This document shows positions 10,524 to 21,176 of a DNA stretch of 64,000 bases, piece after piece; positions within the stretch are counted from its first letter, which is position 1; each line of letters opens with the position of its first letter. A program made the position numbers and the translations under genes. The stretch lies in contig CAVXWP010000007.1 in assembly GCA_963765495.1 (NCBI GenBank), positions 256,001 through 320,000 of the forward strand, written 5' to 3'. Below the pieces are notes generated by a model. The model was not told where the DNA came from. It made no database searches and was given only the letters and a program-made list of their open reading frames with translations. Source of the stretch: Blastocatellia bacterium. GTDB taxonomy: Bacteria; Acidobacteriota; Blastocatellia; UBA7656.

Positions 10524-10645
10524 AGGGATGAAGGATGAGGGATGAGGGATGAAAAGGAGTTTAAAATAACTACTCGATGAAAAGTGATTCATCGGTTATC
10601 GAGATATTCCCTGAGAGTCCTTTTCATCCCTCATCCCTCATCCCT
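10524..10645. repeat. Inverted 7-mer (GGATGAG) element
   Basis: Perfect 26-bp IR 10533-10558 / 10618-10643. Confidence 0.9.
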
Positions 10646-10653
10646 TAAAGATT

Positions 10654-11622
10654 ATGGCTTTATTACTGAAAGAAGAAGATGTAACCGAGCTGCTCGACAT
10701 CGAGACGGCTATCGCTGCGGTCGAAGAGGTCTTGCGCGATCAGGCCGAGGGCGAGGCTCAGAATCGGCCTCGCTCTCGCGTGGCAATGCCTGCTTCGCAA
10801 TTGCACGTGATGTCGGCGGGCGATAAGCGGCTTGGCGTCTGCGGGCTCAAGGCGTATACGGCTTCGCGCAAGGGAGCGCGATTCCTTGTAATGCTTTACG
10901 AGGCGGAAACCGGCGACCTGCTCGCCATAATCGAGGCCGACAGACTCGGCCAGATGCGGACGGGCGCGGCTACGGGCGTGGCTACAAAGTATATGGCCCG
11001 CGCCGACGCTCGACGGGTAGGCATATTCGGCACGGGCTGGCAGGCCGAAAGCCAGTTGATGGCCGTCTGCACCGTGCGGCAGATCGAGCGGATAAAGGCT
11101 TACAGCCGCACGGCGGAACATCGCGAAGCATTCGCCCGCCGCATGTCATCTTTGCTTGGTGTTGAAGTCGTGGCAGCCGAGACCCCCGAAGAGACCGTCC
11201 GCGACTCTTCGATCATAATCACGATGACGACCGCCCGCACGCCTGTGTTCAAAGGCGAATGGCTGGAGCCGGGCGCGCACGTCAACGCTACGGGATCGAA
11301 TTTTCTGGCCAAAGCCGAAATAGATGTCGAAACAATCCGGCGCGCATCACTTGTAGCCGTTGATTCCGTGGAGCAGTCTCGAATGGAAGCCGGAGACCTG
11401 ATGCCCGCAATCGAGCGCGGAGTAATAAGCTGGGAATCGGTGGTGGAACTGGGCCGCATCATTGCCGGACAGATCGCGGGCCGCCGAGACGATACCGACA
11501 TCACGCTGTTTAAATCTAACGGCATCGCGCTTGAAGACATCTCGACCGCCCTCAGTGTTTATAATCTCGCTCGCGCAAGAGACATCGGCCAGGAGATAGA
11601 TTTGTGGGACAAAACGGGTTGA
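10654..11622 (+). CDS. Ornithine cyclodeaminase / mu-crystallin family protein
   Basis: RTGAATG, GTGWQA Rossmann motif, FKSNGIALED. Confidence 0.92.
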   Translation: MALLLKEEDVTELLDIETAIAAVEEVLRDQAEGEAQNRPRSRVAMPASQLHVMSAGDKRLGVCGLKAYTASRKGARFLVMLYEAETGDLLAIIEADRLGQMRTGAATGVATKYMARADARRVGIFGTGWQAESQLMAVCTVRQIERIKAYSRTAEHREAFARRMSSLLGVEVVAAETPEETVRDSSIIITMTTARTPVFKGEWLEPGAHVNATGSNFLAKAEIDVETIRRASLVAVDSVEQSRMEAGDLMPAIERGVISWESVVELGRIIAGQIAGRRDDTDITLFKSNGIALEDISTALSVYNLARARDIGQEIDLWDKTG

Positions 11623-11654
11623 TTCCCATTACCCGGACAATGTTTGCGACCTTA

Positions 11655-11872
11655 GACCAATTTCCAGTCGCATATGCGGTAAATATTGGGGCAGCCCGAA
11701 TGAGTACATTTATTGTGGCTGCCCGGATTGCCCGAGATGGCCTGAGATGTGCCTCGCACACGGCGGGCGATGACTGCCATCGCGCTTACGACGGATTCGG
11801 GCAGGGACAAGCCCGCGCCGTGCGAAGCACATCATGCGCCAATCGCCCCTACACTTATGCGGGAATTGGTAT
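11655..11872. repeat. REP-like/MITE-like palindromic element
   Basis: Imperfect terminal IR ccaatttcc..cgcata / tatgcgggaattgg, internal hairpin gggcagcc/ggctgccc, GTAG-type end tcgcccctac. Confidence 0.45.
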
Positions 11873-11915
11873 GAAATCTCAAATCTCAGAGAGGGGGCAA
11901 GCCGCAAAAACAAAT

Positions 11916-11938
11916 AGGGGCGAGATTGTCTCGCCCCT
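11916..11938. terminator. Hairpin between convergent genes, probable pckA terminator
   Basis: aggggcgaga-ttg-tctcgcccct, with A-rich run on the left (U-tract on minus strand). Confidence 0.6.
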
Positions 11939-11984
11939 TCCAATGTTTCCCAATAACATTGGTTCAACAGAATTGAAACTTTTG

Positions 11985-13553
11985 CTACTCAATCGCCCGC
12001 GCGATTTCAGGATTCAATCCTTCCCATTTCTGCATGTACTCGCGCCGCTCGTTCTTTAGTCGCTCGACCATCTGATTGTATTCTTCGAGACGGCCCTGAT
12101 GGTCGTAGAGCTTGCGCGGCTGGAGAATATCTTCATCCTCGCCTTCGATGCCGGGGATATGCCGCGCTACTTCGTAACCGAAATCCGGGTCTGTTTCCCA
12201 CTCAATCGTACCTTCGGCGATCCCCTTTACTATCGCCGATGAGTGATGTATTCGCACCTTTTTCGAGCGCTCGTCTTCATCGCGGCCTCCGACCCGGCCC
12301 GTGTTCATCAGATAGACATCTATCGGCGAAGACTCCATAAGCTCAAGAAAACGATTGCCCTGATTGGCGTGTTTGAGCGGGAAGAAAGGGTTTGTGCCGG
12401 GCACGCGCAAAAACTTGCCCGCCTCAGCCGCCCCGCCTGCCGAAGTGCCTCGCGTCTCGCCCAGCATGAAGTAAGCCGATGCCTGCTCTTTGTTCAGGCG
12501 GGCCACCCCCGGGATGATGTTGTCATTGCGGTTGAGGATCAAAAGGAAGTCGGCGCGGTCGATCTCACGCGCATCCAGGGCTCCGGCTATGTCCTGCATG
12601 CGAACAACGGCCCGCCCGTTTTGCGTGTAGCTGGTATCGTAGAAATCAAGCTCGCCCCCCTCCATCTGCGATACGTTTTCCAGATAGGCGTGTTCGCTTG
12701 TAACCGCCTTGTAGATCGTGGGCTCGTCTCTTTCGTTCAGCCCGAATGTCTTTGCGAAGCAACCGTTTTCCGTAGCGTAAACCTTGCCGCCGGGCATCAG
12801 CGCCAGAAAATCATCCTGAACCGGAGAAGAGTTGTTCTGCTTGGTAAAGGTGGTCGTAGTCTTGCCCGTGCCGGAAAGCCCTATGATCAACCCCACGCGG
12901 TTGCGGCCTTCGACGGGTATGACCTTGCATCCGGCGTGCAGCGCCAGTCCGCCACGGTCATAGACCATCTGATTCCACATCCTGAGCCCGCCCTTTTTCG
13001 ACTCGCCGAAGTAGTCGCTGTTGAATACCCGCGTTATGCCGCTTGAGAGATCAACCGCGATCAGACGATCCGCAGGATAGCCATCCATCTTCAGATTCGG
13101 AGTGTATATTACCGTGAGTTTCGGCTCAAAACTGCCGAGTTCTTCGTCGCTCACCGGATAGTACAGGTGTTGCTGCATCGCGCCGATATTGGCATTCGAC
13201 CGCTCAATTATGAGACGGGCAGGTACGCGGAAATCGGGATCATTACCGATGTAGCCGTCAACTACTATCATCTCCGTGGTACGGATGTAATCGTCTTGAA
13301 TCTTTGAGACTCGTCTGTATTCTTCAAGTGTTATGGTCTGCGAATCGAAGAGTTCGGGCGTGTCGGTTGCGACATAAGTTGAAAGCTTGGATCTGGCATC
13401 AACTCTTGTCTGGGTGTTTGTATTGTTGTAGACGGTGATGCGGGTATTGGGCATCTCTTTGGTAAGTTCTCGCAGGCGGTCGGGCGACGGGTTCCAAATG
13501 ACTTTTTTGGGCTCCACCGGCAACCTGCTGATCTTCGTATGCGGTTTGCTCAT
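11985..13553 (-). CDS. pckA: Phosphoenolpyruvate carboxykinase (ATP)
   Basis: YFGESKKG, LHAG, GLSGTGKTT, QDD, ENGCFAK, YLMNTG. Confidence 0.92.
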   Translation of the reverse strand: MSKPHTKISRLPVEPKKVIWNPSPDRLRELTKEMPNTRITVYNNTNTQTRVDARSKLSTYVATDTPELFDSQTITLEEYRRVSKIQDDYIRTTEMIVVDGYIGNDPDFRVPARLIIERSNANIGAMQQHLYYPVSDEELGSFEPKLTVIYTPNLKMDGYPADRLIAVDLSSGITRVFNSDYFGESKKGGLRMWNQMVYDRGGLALHAGCKVIPVEGRNRVGLIIGLSGTGKTTTTFTKQNNSSPVQDDFLALMPGGKVYATENGCFAKTFGLNERDEPTIYKAVTSEHAYLENVSQMEGGELDFYDTSYTQNGRAVVRMQDIAGALDAREIDRADFLLILNRNDNIIPGVARLNKEQASAYFMLGETRGTSAGGAAEAGKFLRVPGTNPFFPLKHANQGNRFLELMESSPIDVYLMNTGRVGGRDEDERSKKVRIHHSSAIVKGIAEGTIEWETDPDFGYEVARHIPGIEGEDEDILQPRKLYDHQGRLEEYNQMVERLKNERREYMQKWEGLNPEIARAIE

Positions 13554-13741
13554 TCAGGCCTCCAATCAGGTTGGTTAAATTAATTGATTACTCAGACCAT
13601 GAATCTTAACCGAATGCCCCCTTTATGACAATATTAGACAATATAGAGCCTGTCTGAATACGAGCGCCGGTATTTTCTGATGGCGGTAGGAATCTTGATT
13701 AATCCCCTCGAATCCTGGCTTCCGCTTTTCACCTTTTGGTT

Positions 13742-15214
13742 TTACCAGAGCCCGAGCAGCTTCCACCACGTGAAGCCGATTGCCACCCAGATCAGTATGT
13801 TGGGAACCGATACGATAAGGCCCAGCCACCACCAGGTGCGCTGTTTGACGTAGCCCGCGCCGAAATAGATGGGAGCGGGCGTCGTGCCGTAATGCGTAAG
13901 CGAGGCCATGAGATTGGATAGATAAGCCATCGAAAGCACGGCAAGAAACGGCGGTGCTCCGGCAGCGATTATCACTATCAAAAACGGCGTATACATCGCC
14001 GTCGAATGCGCCGTGATGCTTGCGAAACCGTAGTGAGCGTAAAAATAGATCAGCACGAGTACGCCGAGAGCCGCCCACCACGCCCAGCCAACGGTAAAGC
14101 TTGCAGCGGAGTCTGCGAAACGATTTGTGATGCCCGTCTCTCCGAGTGCTTCGGCCATTCGCACAAGCCCGCCATACCATATGTAAACATCCCATGCGGC
14201 GCGCTCCGATACTACGTCTTCCCATTCCAGCACGCCCGTCACAAGCAGCACGCAGATGCCTGCTACGGCGATCACGGCATAGTTGATTCCATGAAATGCG
14301 GTCGTAAGCCACATGCCCGCCACAAAGAGGAAGACCATCAACATCAATTTCTCTGGCCTGGACATTCCTCCCATGCGTTTTAATTCATCCGAAGCGAGGC
14401 GGGCCGCGCCGGGCGTGCGTTTTATTTCCGGCGGAAATATTTTGTAGATCAGCAGCGGTATCAGAGCCAGTGAGACCAGCCCCGGCACTATGGCTCCGAG
14501 CGCCCATTGCGTATAGGTTAACTCGATCCCCGTAACATCTTTTGCGAATTTTGCGATCAACACATTTGACGCCTGCCCGGTCAAAAACATCGCGCAGACT
14601 ATGACATCGCATTGATAGATGAGCGGCATCAGGAAAGCGCCCAGCCTTCCGGCCGTGGGGCCGGGTCTTGAATCATAAGCCTCGGCGAGGCTCTCGGCTA
14701 TCGGGAATATTATTCCGCCGCAACGCGCTCCGTTTGAGGGAATTACCGAGGCCAGAACCATGTCGGTCGAAGCAAGCGCATAAGCGAGCCCGAGCGAGCG
14801 ATGGCCTATGGCGCGGATGAAGAGAAAAGCTATTCGCCTGCCAAGCCCCGTCTTTATCATCCCGCGAGACATCATAAAGGCTGCAAGCACAAGCCACACA
14901 AGCGGGTCGGCGTAACCTTCGAGCGCCCTGGCCACGGGCATCACGCCTGTGATGGCTATCGTTGAAACCCCGAGCAGCACCATCGCCCCGCCCGGCAGCG
15001 GTTGCGCAATCAAACCCATGATGGTCGCTACGAAGATGGCAAGCAATCGCCAGGACTCGACCGCAATCCCCGAAGGAACCGGGATCATCAGGACGGCAAG
15101 GCCCGAAAGCAAAACCGCAGCCCATCGAATGAGAGCGCCCCCGCGATCTCTTGTGCGGGCATTTTTTACTTCAATCGGCGGGTCGGAATGAGTCGGATCA
15201 GGGACGGGATGCAT
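13742..15214 (-). CDS. DASS family anion/dicarboxylate transporter
   Basis: KTGLGRRIA, PSNGARCGG, FLTG..SN, FASITAH, THYG..PAP; multiple TM helices. Confidence 0.92.
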   Translation of the reverse strand: MHPVPDPTHSDPPIEVKNARTRDRGGALIRWAAVLLSGLAVLMIPVPSGIAVESWRLLAIFVATIMGLIAQPLPGGAMVLLGVSTIAITGVMPVARALEGYADPLVWLVLAAFMMSRGMIKTGLGRRIAFLFIRAIGHRSLGLAYALASTDMVLASVIPSNGARCGGIIFPIAESLAEAYDSRPGPTAGRLGAFLMPLIYQCDVIVCAMFLTGQASNVLIAKFAKDVTGIELTYTQWALGAIVPGLVSLALIPLLIYKIFPPEIKRTPGAARLASDELKRMGGMSRPEKLMLMVFLFVAGMWLTTAFHGINYAVIAVAGICVLLVTGVLEWEDVVSERAAWDVYIWYGGLVRMAEALGETGITNRFADSAASFTVGWAWWAALGVLVLIYFYAHYGFASITAHSTAMYTPFLIVIIAAGAPPFLAVLSMAYLSNLMASLTHYGTTPAPIYFGAGYVKQRTWWWLGLIVSVPNILIWVAIGFTWWKLLGLW

Positions 15215-15365
15215 GCGCGATAAACCTTCCGGGTTCGAGAGTCTTCGAGTCGGGCGCGATACTAACATCGAGAGCAGTCATACTCAAGTGCTCGAATAAT
15301 TCCGATACCGGCCTTGAAAAAAAACCGCGTGAGACTATATAACATACCGACAGCGGGAGACCCTC

Positions 15366-16994
15366 ATGAAGCAACAACTCGATTTCAAGTCTCGACCCGG
15401 AGTCTATTCGCGGCTCTGCCTCTGGCTAGCCCTCGCCTTGCTTTTTGTAGCTGTCTCTCCTGCGTCGGCTCACGCCCAGAAATGTAACAAGCTGTTTCCG
15501 GCAGGCAACGGGCAGGATGATTCGGCTCGGATAAATGAGTGCCTGCAAAACGAGGGACGCGCAAAGCTCAAGAAAGGAACTTTTCTGCTCTATAGCCCTA
15601 TAGTATTTCCGCGCACTTCAAAATCGGGCAATGATGTTGTGAGCGGAGTCAGGTTGATAGGCAAGAACCGCGATAAGACACGGCTGGTCGTGCAATCCGA
15701 TTGCGGCGCTCACTGGCCTTTTGAGGAAGGGTCGTCGCCGGGTCTGTATCAGCCTGTCATCCAGGCGGTCAGATCGCCTGGCGCTATAATCAAAAACTTC
15801 GAGCTTGATTTGAGCAATCTGAGAAAAGACTGCGGCTATATGGGCAGCTACGTCGTCACTCTCAATAAGAGCCCCGGAAGCAATGTGACTAATCTTGGAA
15901 TATTCGGTTCTCAGTATGGAGGCGTTTCTTACACGACAGGGGGCGCAAACTCAGGGGGCATCTCCGTAGTGCTTTCCCCCGGGTCGCTTGTGAGCGGAAA
16001 TATCATGAGAGATATTGGGTTTGCCAAAGAGAACGGAGGGACTTCGGCGGGGTCTTCCGGTCTGGCCGTTATAAATTCGGGCAATACCATTGTCGAGGAC
16101 AACGAAATAACGCGGGTTGCGTTTGGCATAATAATTTCGAATACGGATCTTTCGGGCGACAGCAGCGGAACCGTCGTGAAAGGCAACCATATAATCGGGG
16201 CAGCCGGAGTCAGTTGCCCGGATTGTTCACAGGGGCGCGCAATCAAGCTTCAAGCCTGCGGGCCGGGCGGTGAACCGCCTCTGGAGAACATAGTCGTACG
16301 CGACAACACGGCTACCGATTTTGGCGGCCCGCACGGCGTGCAGGACGGGTCAGGGCTCGACCTCGTATGCGGAGTCCGTTACAGCATCTTCGAAAACAAC
16401 AAGCTCATCGGAGCGCCGACCGCCGAATTCGGGCTTCAGATAAGAAGCTCATATGCCGGGACATCCGTAAACACGACTCATCATAATATATTCAACTTCA
16501 ACACCTTTGCTTCGGGCAGGGGCAGGCTCGGCTGCAACCTTGAGTGCTCCGATGTGAACTTTACAGGCGACGGGCCGGATCAGATTGGCATACAGCGAAA
16601 CGGACAGGACAGGGCGGGCAGCAATACTTTTTCCAGCCTCAGAACCGCAAATGACCGGGGATGCAACGAGTACAGCCACGCCTTTGTCGTTTACCTGAGC
16701 GGCAAGAATTTCGTCCGGCAGGGCGAAAACATTTTACTGGCCGCAAGCGGGGTACGTCCTTCCCGGCGGGTGCGGTTCCGCTTCGTTCGAACAGAAGATG
16801 GAATCACGGTAAGCGAATATAGTTCGCAGCCCGCTCAAAGTAATTGCGTTTTGAATCAGGAAGAGTATTTGATCGAGCCGGATCTGTTCACGCCCGGCTC
16901 GTATCAGGTATTTGCCGATTACGATGACGGCAACACCGATGCCGTTATCTCCGACGATCCGATTGCCGTCATCACTGTGAAGCAGGGCAAGTAG
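15366..16994 (+). CDS. Secreted right-handed parallel beta-helix protein
   Basis: Signal peptide ending AHA, GNGQDDSARINECL start like pectate-lyase-type folds, repeated G-I-x-x...N-x-x-x-x-N-x-I rungs. Confidence 0.7.
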   Translation: MKQQLDFKSRPGVYSRLCLWLALALLFVAVSPASAHAQKCNKLFPAGNGQDDSARINECLQNEGRAKLKKGTFLLYSPIVFPRTSKSGNDVVSGVRLIGKNRDKTRLVVQSDCGAHWPFEEGSSPGLYQPVIQAVRSPGAIIKNFELDLSNLRKDCGYMGSYVVTLNKSPGSNVTNLGIFGSQYGGVSYTTGGANSGGISVVLSPGSLVSGNIMRDIGFAKENGGTSAGSSGLAVINSGNTIVEDNEITRVAFGIIISNTDLSGDSSGTVVKGNHIIGAAGVSCPDCSQGRAIKLQACGPGGEPPLENIVVRDNTATDFGGPHGVQDGSGLDLVCGVRYSIFENNKLIGAPTAEFGLQIRSSYAGTSVNTTHHNIFNFNTFASGRGRLGCNLECSDVNFTGDGPDQIGIQRNGQDRAGSNTFSSLRTANDRGCNEYSHAFVVYLSGKNFVRQGENILLAASGVRPSRRVRFRFVRTEDGITVSEYSSQPAQSNCVLNQEEYLIEPDLFTPGSYQVFADYDDGNTDAVISDDPIAVITVKQGK

Positions 16995-17011
16995 AGTTTA
17001 AATATAGTTTT

Positions 17012-18850
17012 TCAATCTCCGGCCGATGCAGTTTGAATTGCCGGAGAAGATGTGACATCGGGTTTCATCCAGGACAACTGCACGAGCGCGTTTTCAGGGA
17101 CATTTCGCGGATCGCACACGCCACATCTTATGCAGACATCAATGGCCGGGCACGGTTTGGTTATGCGTTCGGCCATCGCGCGTTGATACTCTTTTTTCAT
17201 GAACTCGGTCGTAAGACCTATGTCAACCACGTCCCACGGCAGAGCCTCGTCAAGCGAGCGCCGCCTGAGCGCATAGCCGGAATATTTCCGCATGGCCTGT
17301 CGCCAGTTGCCCGTCCTGTCCACTTCGAGTATGAACTCCGAAACGCGGCGGTCGCCAAGCGATATCAACGCCTGGAGATGAGCGATGCGCGATGACATTG
17401 CGCGCACCTCTACGTTAGGGATGTGTTTGAATGCGCGAGTCAGATACTTGATCTTTTGATCCAGCACGCGCTCGGGCTCTATGGGCTCCCACTGAAAAGG
17501 AGTCTGCGGTTTTGGCACAAAGGCGTTGAGCGAAACTATGATTGAGCCTACGCGACCGCGAGGGCGGGCGATCTCGATCATCCGATCGCGGATGCGCTCG
17601 GTCAATGCGACTATTGCATCGAGGTCTTCTTCTTCTTCGGTCGGCAGCCCGATCATCATGTAGAGCTTGAGATTGAATATGCCGCGCTCAAATATCATCT
17701 CGGCGATCTCGACTATCTGATCGTTTGTGAGGTTTTTGTTTATGACGCGACGAAGGCGATCCGAGCCGGTTTCAGGAGCGATGGCCAGTTGCTGATCGTT
17801 GCGGCGCACAAGCGCGTCGAGCAGTTCCGGCGAAATCTGATCGAGCCGGAGCGATGAAACCGACACCTGATAATCGAGTTCCTCAAGCCCGTCGAGTATC
17901 TTGTGAATCTCGGGGTGGTCGCATACGGCTGTGGCCACGAGGCCGATCTTGTCGGTGAGCTTTCGCATATCGGCTGCGCGGGCAAGCAACTTTTCAGCAG
18001 AAAAGACTCGCGGGGCAAGGTATGAGTATCCGGCCCAGCAGAACCGGCAACCCATCGAACACCCGCGAGAAATCTCTACCAGATAACGACCGCTCATCTC
18101 GGTATTCTCGGTCAGAATCTCGCTTGCGGGGATAAATGCATCATCAAAGCGTCCGTTGCCCTCCTGCTTGCGCATGGGATTGCGCATGGTAAAGACCCTG
18201 CGGGGGGCGCCCTCCTTCGGTTCGAGATGCCCCATGCTGCCGTCTTCGTGATAATGGGCTTCGTAAAATCTGGGCACGTAAAAACCCGGCTCGCGTGTGA
18301 GGCGAAGGAGCAAATCTTCGCGCGATTCGGCCTCGCTCATTACTTTGAGCAATGCGGGGATGAGGACTTCGCCTTCGCCCACGGTTACCACGTCAATAAA
18401 TGGCGCTACGGGTTCGGGATTGAGAAAGGCCGCCGCGCCACCCATCACTACGAGCGGGTGCCATTCGTTTCTGCTTTCGGCCATCACGGGAATCTTTGAA
18501 AGCCTGAGCAGTTTTGGGATATTCAGATAATCGGTCTCAAACGAGACAGAGATGGCAAGCAGATCGAAATCCGAAACAGGGATTTCGCTTTCGAGCGAAA
18601 CCAGCGGCGAACGCGTGCGCTCAAGCTCGCGCTCGATGTCCGGGTCGGGTATGAAGACGCGTTCACACGACACGCCCGAATTCATATTGAAAAGCTGGTA
18701 CACAGACTGAAATCCGAGATTCGACATCCCTATGTGATAGGTGTTTGGATATGCCAGCGCGATATCGATTCCAAGCCCGTGAGGTTTGTGATAAACCAGT
18801 CCCGTCTCTTCGCTCAGTATTTTTCTATATCGATCTTTTATCTTCTGCAT
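17012..18850 (-). CDS. Radical SAM protein, function unknown
   Basis: EISRGCSMGCRFC (CxxxCxxC), YPNTY..GMSNLG, FVPKPQTPFQW, C-terminal CxxCGxC. Confidence 0.9.
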   Translation of the reverse strand: MQKIKDRYRKILSEETGLVYHKPHGLGIDIALAYPNTYHIGMSNLGFQSVYQLFNMNSGVSCERVFIPDPDIERELERTRSPLVSLESEIPVSDFDLLAISVSFETDYLNIPKLLRLSKIPVMAESRNEWHPLVVMGGAAAFLNPEPVAPFIDVVTVGEGEVLIPALLKVMSEAESREDLLLRLTREPGFYVPRFYEAHYHEDGSMGHLEPKEGAPRRVFTMRNPMRKQEGNGRFDDAFIPASEILTENTEMSGRYLVEISRGCSMGCRFCWAGYSYLAPRVFSAEKLLARAADMRKLTDKIGLVATAVCDHPEIHKILDGLEELDYQVSVSSLRLDQISPELLDALVRRNDQQLAIAPETGSDRLRRVINKNLTNDQIVEIAEMIFERGIFNLKLYMMIGLPTEEEEDLDAIVALTERIRDRMIEIARPRGRVGSIIVSLNAFVPKPQTPFQWEPIEPERVLDQKIKYLTRAFKHIPNVEVRAMSSRIAHLQALISLGDRRVSEFILEVDRTGNWRQAMRKYSGYALRRRSLDEALPWDVVDIGLTTEFMKKEYQRAMAERITKPCPAIDVCIRCGVCDPRNVPENALVQLSWMKPDVTSSPAIQTASAGD

Positions 18851-18869
18851 CTAAAATCCAATCAATTTT

Positions 18870-19562
18870 TTATTCGAAAATATTCAGCAACTCGGTAATT
18901 GATTCGGCCAGATAATCCGGGCGCTCGCCTTCGAGTCCGGCGCGTGGGAACGGCCCCCACAGCGCGGCTACAGTTCGCACGCCCGCCCTGCGCCCGGCGA
19001 TGATGTCGTGACGGCTGTCACCGACATAGACCGCGCTTTCAGCCGACAGATTCAATTTATCAAGCGCCGTAAGTATTGGCTCCGGGTCAGGTTTGTGGCG
19101 ATCAGTATCTTCGAGGAAAACAGCCGCGTCCATCATCTCATAAAGCGAGCAGAGGTTGAGACCGCGTGTGGCAAGTTCTCGTCCCTTGGATGTGACTACG
19201 GCGGTTGAATAACCTCGCGCGCGAAGCTCTGCAATTACCTGCTGAGTCTTGTCGAAAGGCCGGGCCATCGAATCGTGATTCGCCGCATTGAATTGCCGGT
19301 ACTCCGAAAGCAAACGCTCTATCAAATCCGAACCCTCTTCTCGTTCGCTCAAAATTTCAATGCCGCCTGACCGGGTTGCGAGAATCTTCATTGCTTCTCG
19401 CAAGGGGATGCCAAAGGTTTCAATAAGCGCCTCGCGTGAATGGCTTTGCCCGCAAACCGTCTCCCACGAATGGTCGAAACAGCGCAATATTAAGTTTGTA
19501 GTATCTATCAGCGTGCCGTCCAGATCGAACAGTATCGCTCGCGTTTCCATCATTCGATTCAC
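18870..19562 (-). CDS. HAD-superfamily phosphatase (PpaX/Gph-like)
   Basis: FDLDGTL, VVTSK, KPDPEP, YVGDS..D. Confidence 0.92.
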   Translation of the reverse strand: MNRMMETRAILFDLDGTLIDTTNLILRCFDHSWETVCGQSHSREALIETFGIPLREAMKILATRSGGIEILSEREEGSDLIERLLSEYRQFNAANHDSMARPFDKTQQVIAELRARGYSTAVVTSKGRELATRGLNLCSLYEMMDAAVFLEDTDRHKPDPEPILTALDKLNLSAESAVYVGDSRHDIIAGRRAGVRTVAALWGPFPRAGLEGERPDYLAESITELLNIFE

Positions 19563-19650
19563 TCATGCTCTCTACCGGCGAGGTTTCCGAGCTAACCATT
19601 ATAGTTGCCCGGGAATTGATTCGCAATCACACGACCTTAAGTGCGATTGC

Positions 19651-20421
19651 TTACATTTTTCGCCGCGCACTGCCCAGGGCGGCCAGCATGGCAAGGCTCA
19701 CGATCACGGCAACAGACCCTCGTATTGTGTATTTTACCCAGAAGAGCAAGAGGATGCTTGCGGCGAGAAACAACCTTGCTATGACAAAAGAAGGAACATA
19801 GGCGCGAGGCTTGCCTCCTATAACTCCTGCGCCGGAAGCGACCGCCGCAAGCCCTGCGATTATAAGGATTACGAGCGAAACGGTTCCGTGCGGCACTCCG
19901 AGGTAATCACGCGCCAAGGGGAGCGCGATACCTGCAAGTATTAAAAGGATTCCCGCCGCCTTCACCGTTATGCTTGCTATGTCGATGCTCTCTCTGCGAA
20001 AGGCTGCCTCGCGAGATCTGTGAATGGAAATGCCAATGTTGTCATCAATTGAGAGCGGGTCCGGGCCGAGAATGAGAAGAGCGATAGAGGTGGCAAGCAA
20101 TGTGAGAGGAAATTCGAAACCGCCGCGCTCCGTCAACCCGATGGACCAGTGGACTTGCGTGACCGCTACGATCATAACGCACAGATGACCGAGCGCGCCC
20201 AGCCGGACCAGTAAGCCTGAAAGCAATAAAAGCCCGCCGCCAAATTCAGCGACTATTACCAGATAAGATAAAAAAGAAGGGATGCCGCCAAGCGCATTTG
20301 TGGCAAACCCCTGTGGATCAATCAGTTTGGTCAATCCGTGCGCGAAAAATACAACCCCGACTATCAATTCTATAGGCAGTGCCGCCCAGGCAGGCCTTAT
20401 ACTCCCGGCTTCAAAAGACAT
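19651..20421 (-). CDS. DoxX family membrane protein with extra C-terminal TM region
   Basis: FFAHGLTKL, EFGGGLLL..G, H, GFEFPL, GPDPLSID, then ~4 further hydrophobic helices. Confidence 0.8.
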   Translation of the reverse strand: MSFEAGSIRPAWAALPIELIVGVVFFAHGLTKLIDPQGFATNALGGIPSFLSYLVIVAEFGGGLLLLSGLLVRLGALGHLCVMIVAVTQVHWSIGLTERGGFEFPLTLLATSIALLILGPDPLSIDDNIGISIHRSREAAFRRESIDIASITVKAAGILLILAGIALPLARDYLGVPHGTVSLVILIIAGLAAVASGAGVIGGKPRAYVPSFVIARLFLAASILLLFWVKYTIRGSVAVIVSLAMLAALGSARRKM

Positions 20422-21053
20422 CTATCACTAACCTCCATCATTATCTGCACCTGGTTGCATAGTCGAGAGTTTCGATAAGACCTCTCGCCGTTGCGCAACC
20501 TCAGTCTGGCGCAAGCAAAGCAAGCGGATATTCTATTATTAAGCTGCCGACGGAAACAAGCTGACTGCATGATTAATGAATTGATAACCGGAGCCATTTC
20601 ATATCTATGATCGATTATCGGGTTCTATCAATACATTTAGCTGCCACAGGCCAGAGCCAGACGAGACCTGAAAGCGTTTGATGTAATAGCCAGACAATCG
20701 AATGCCGCTGATCGCTCAGGTGACGGAGTTGAAATCCCTTGGGGCACATCTATCCTGTATCAATTTAGAAGACAGAGCTTTAATGACTTGAAGTCAATCC
20801 CTGAAAAATCAAACGATAAGCCTAACGCGAATAGGTGAGTGACAGTTAAATTCTTCACATTCAGCGCAAAAATCCATGGTAAGAGAGTACCACTGGATAC
20901 AAAGTTCCCGATCAGTTGCCTAGTTAGTATCCGCCCGGGTCGGATGTCCCTCATCATTTTTGTGGAGAAAAGAGCGGAACGGGAATTAATTCTTCTTACA
21001 AATAGGGAGTTTACAACTCCAAGCTTCGCAGTAATTTCGATGGGGCATTGTTA

Positions 21054-21069
21054 TGGCACGTCGTATGCA
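21054..21069 (+). promoter_or_regulatory. Candidate sigma-54 promoter
   Basis: TGGCAC-gtcgt-ATGCA, GG-N10-GC spacing, in a ~1.1 kb intergenic region. Confidence 0.45.
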
Positions 21070-21147
21070 CTGGTCCCGGGTGGGTTGTGCCAAGTGTAGT
21101 GTATTTCTGTTTCAATAGTGATAGGGATTTAAGCTTGAAGATTTTGG

Positions 21148-21176
21148 TTGCTTTTATAGATTATTCGCTATATGAT
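21148..21176 (+). promoter_or_regulatory. Candidate sigma-70 promoter for paralog 1
   Basis: TTGCTT-17 nt-TATGAT. Confidence 0.55.

Noticed and set aside
20640-20675. Cobalamin riboswitch-like gagccaga..gacctg
   Set aside because: The remaining core elements are not visible
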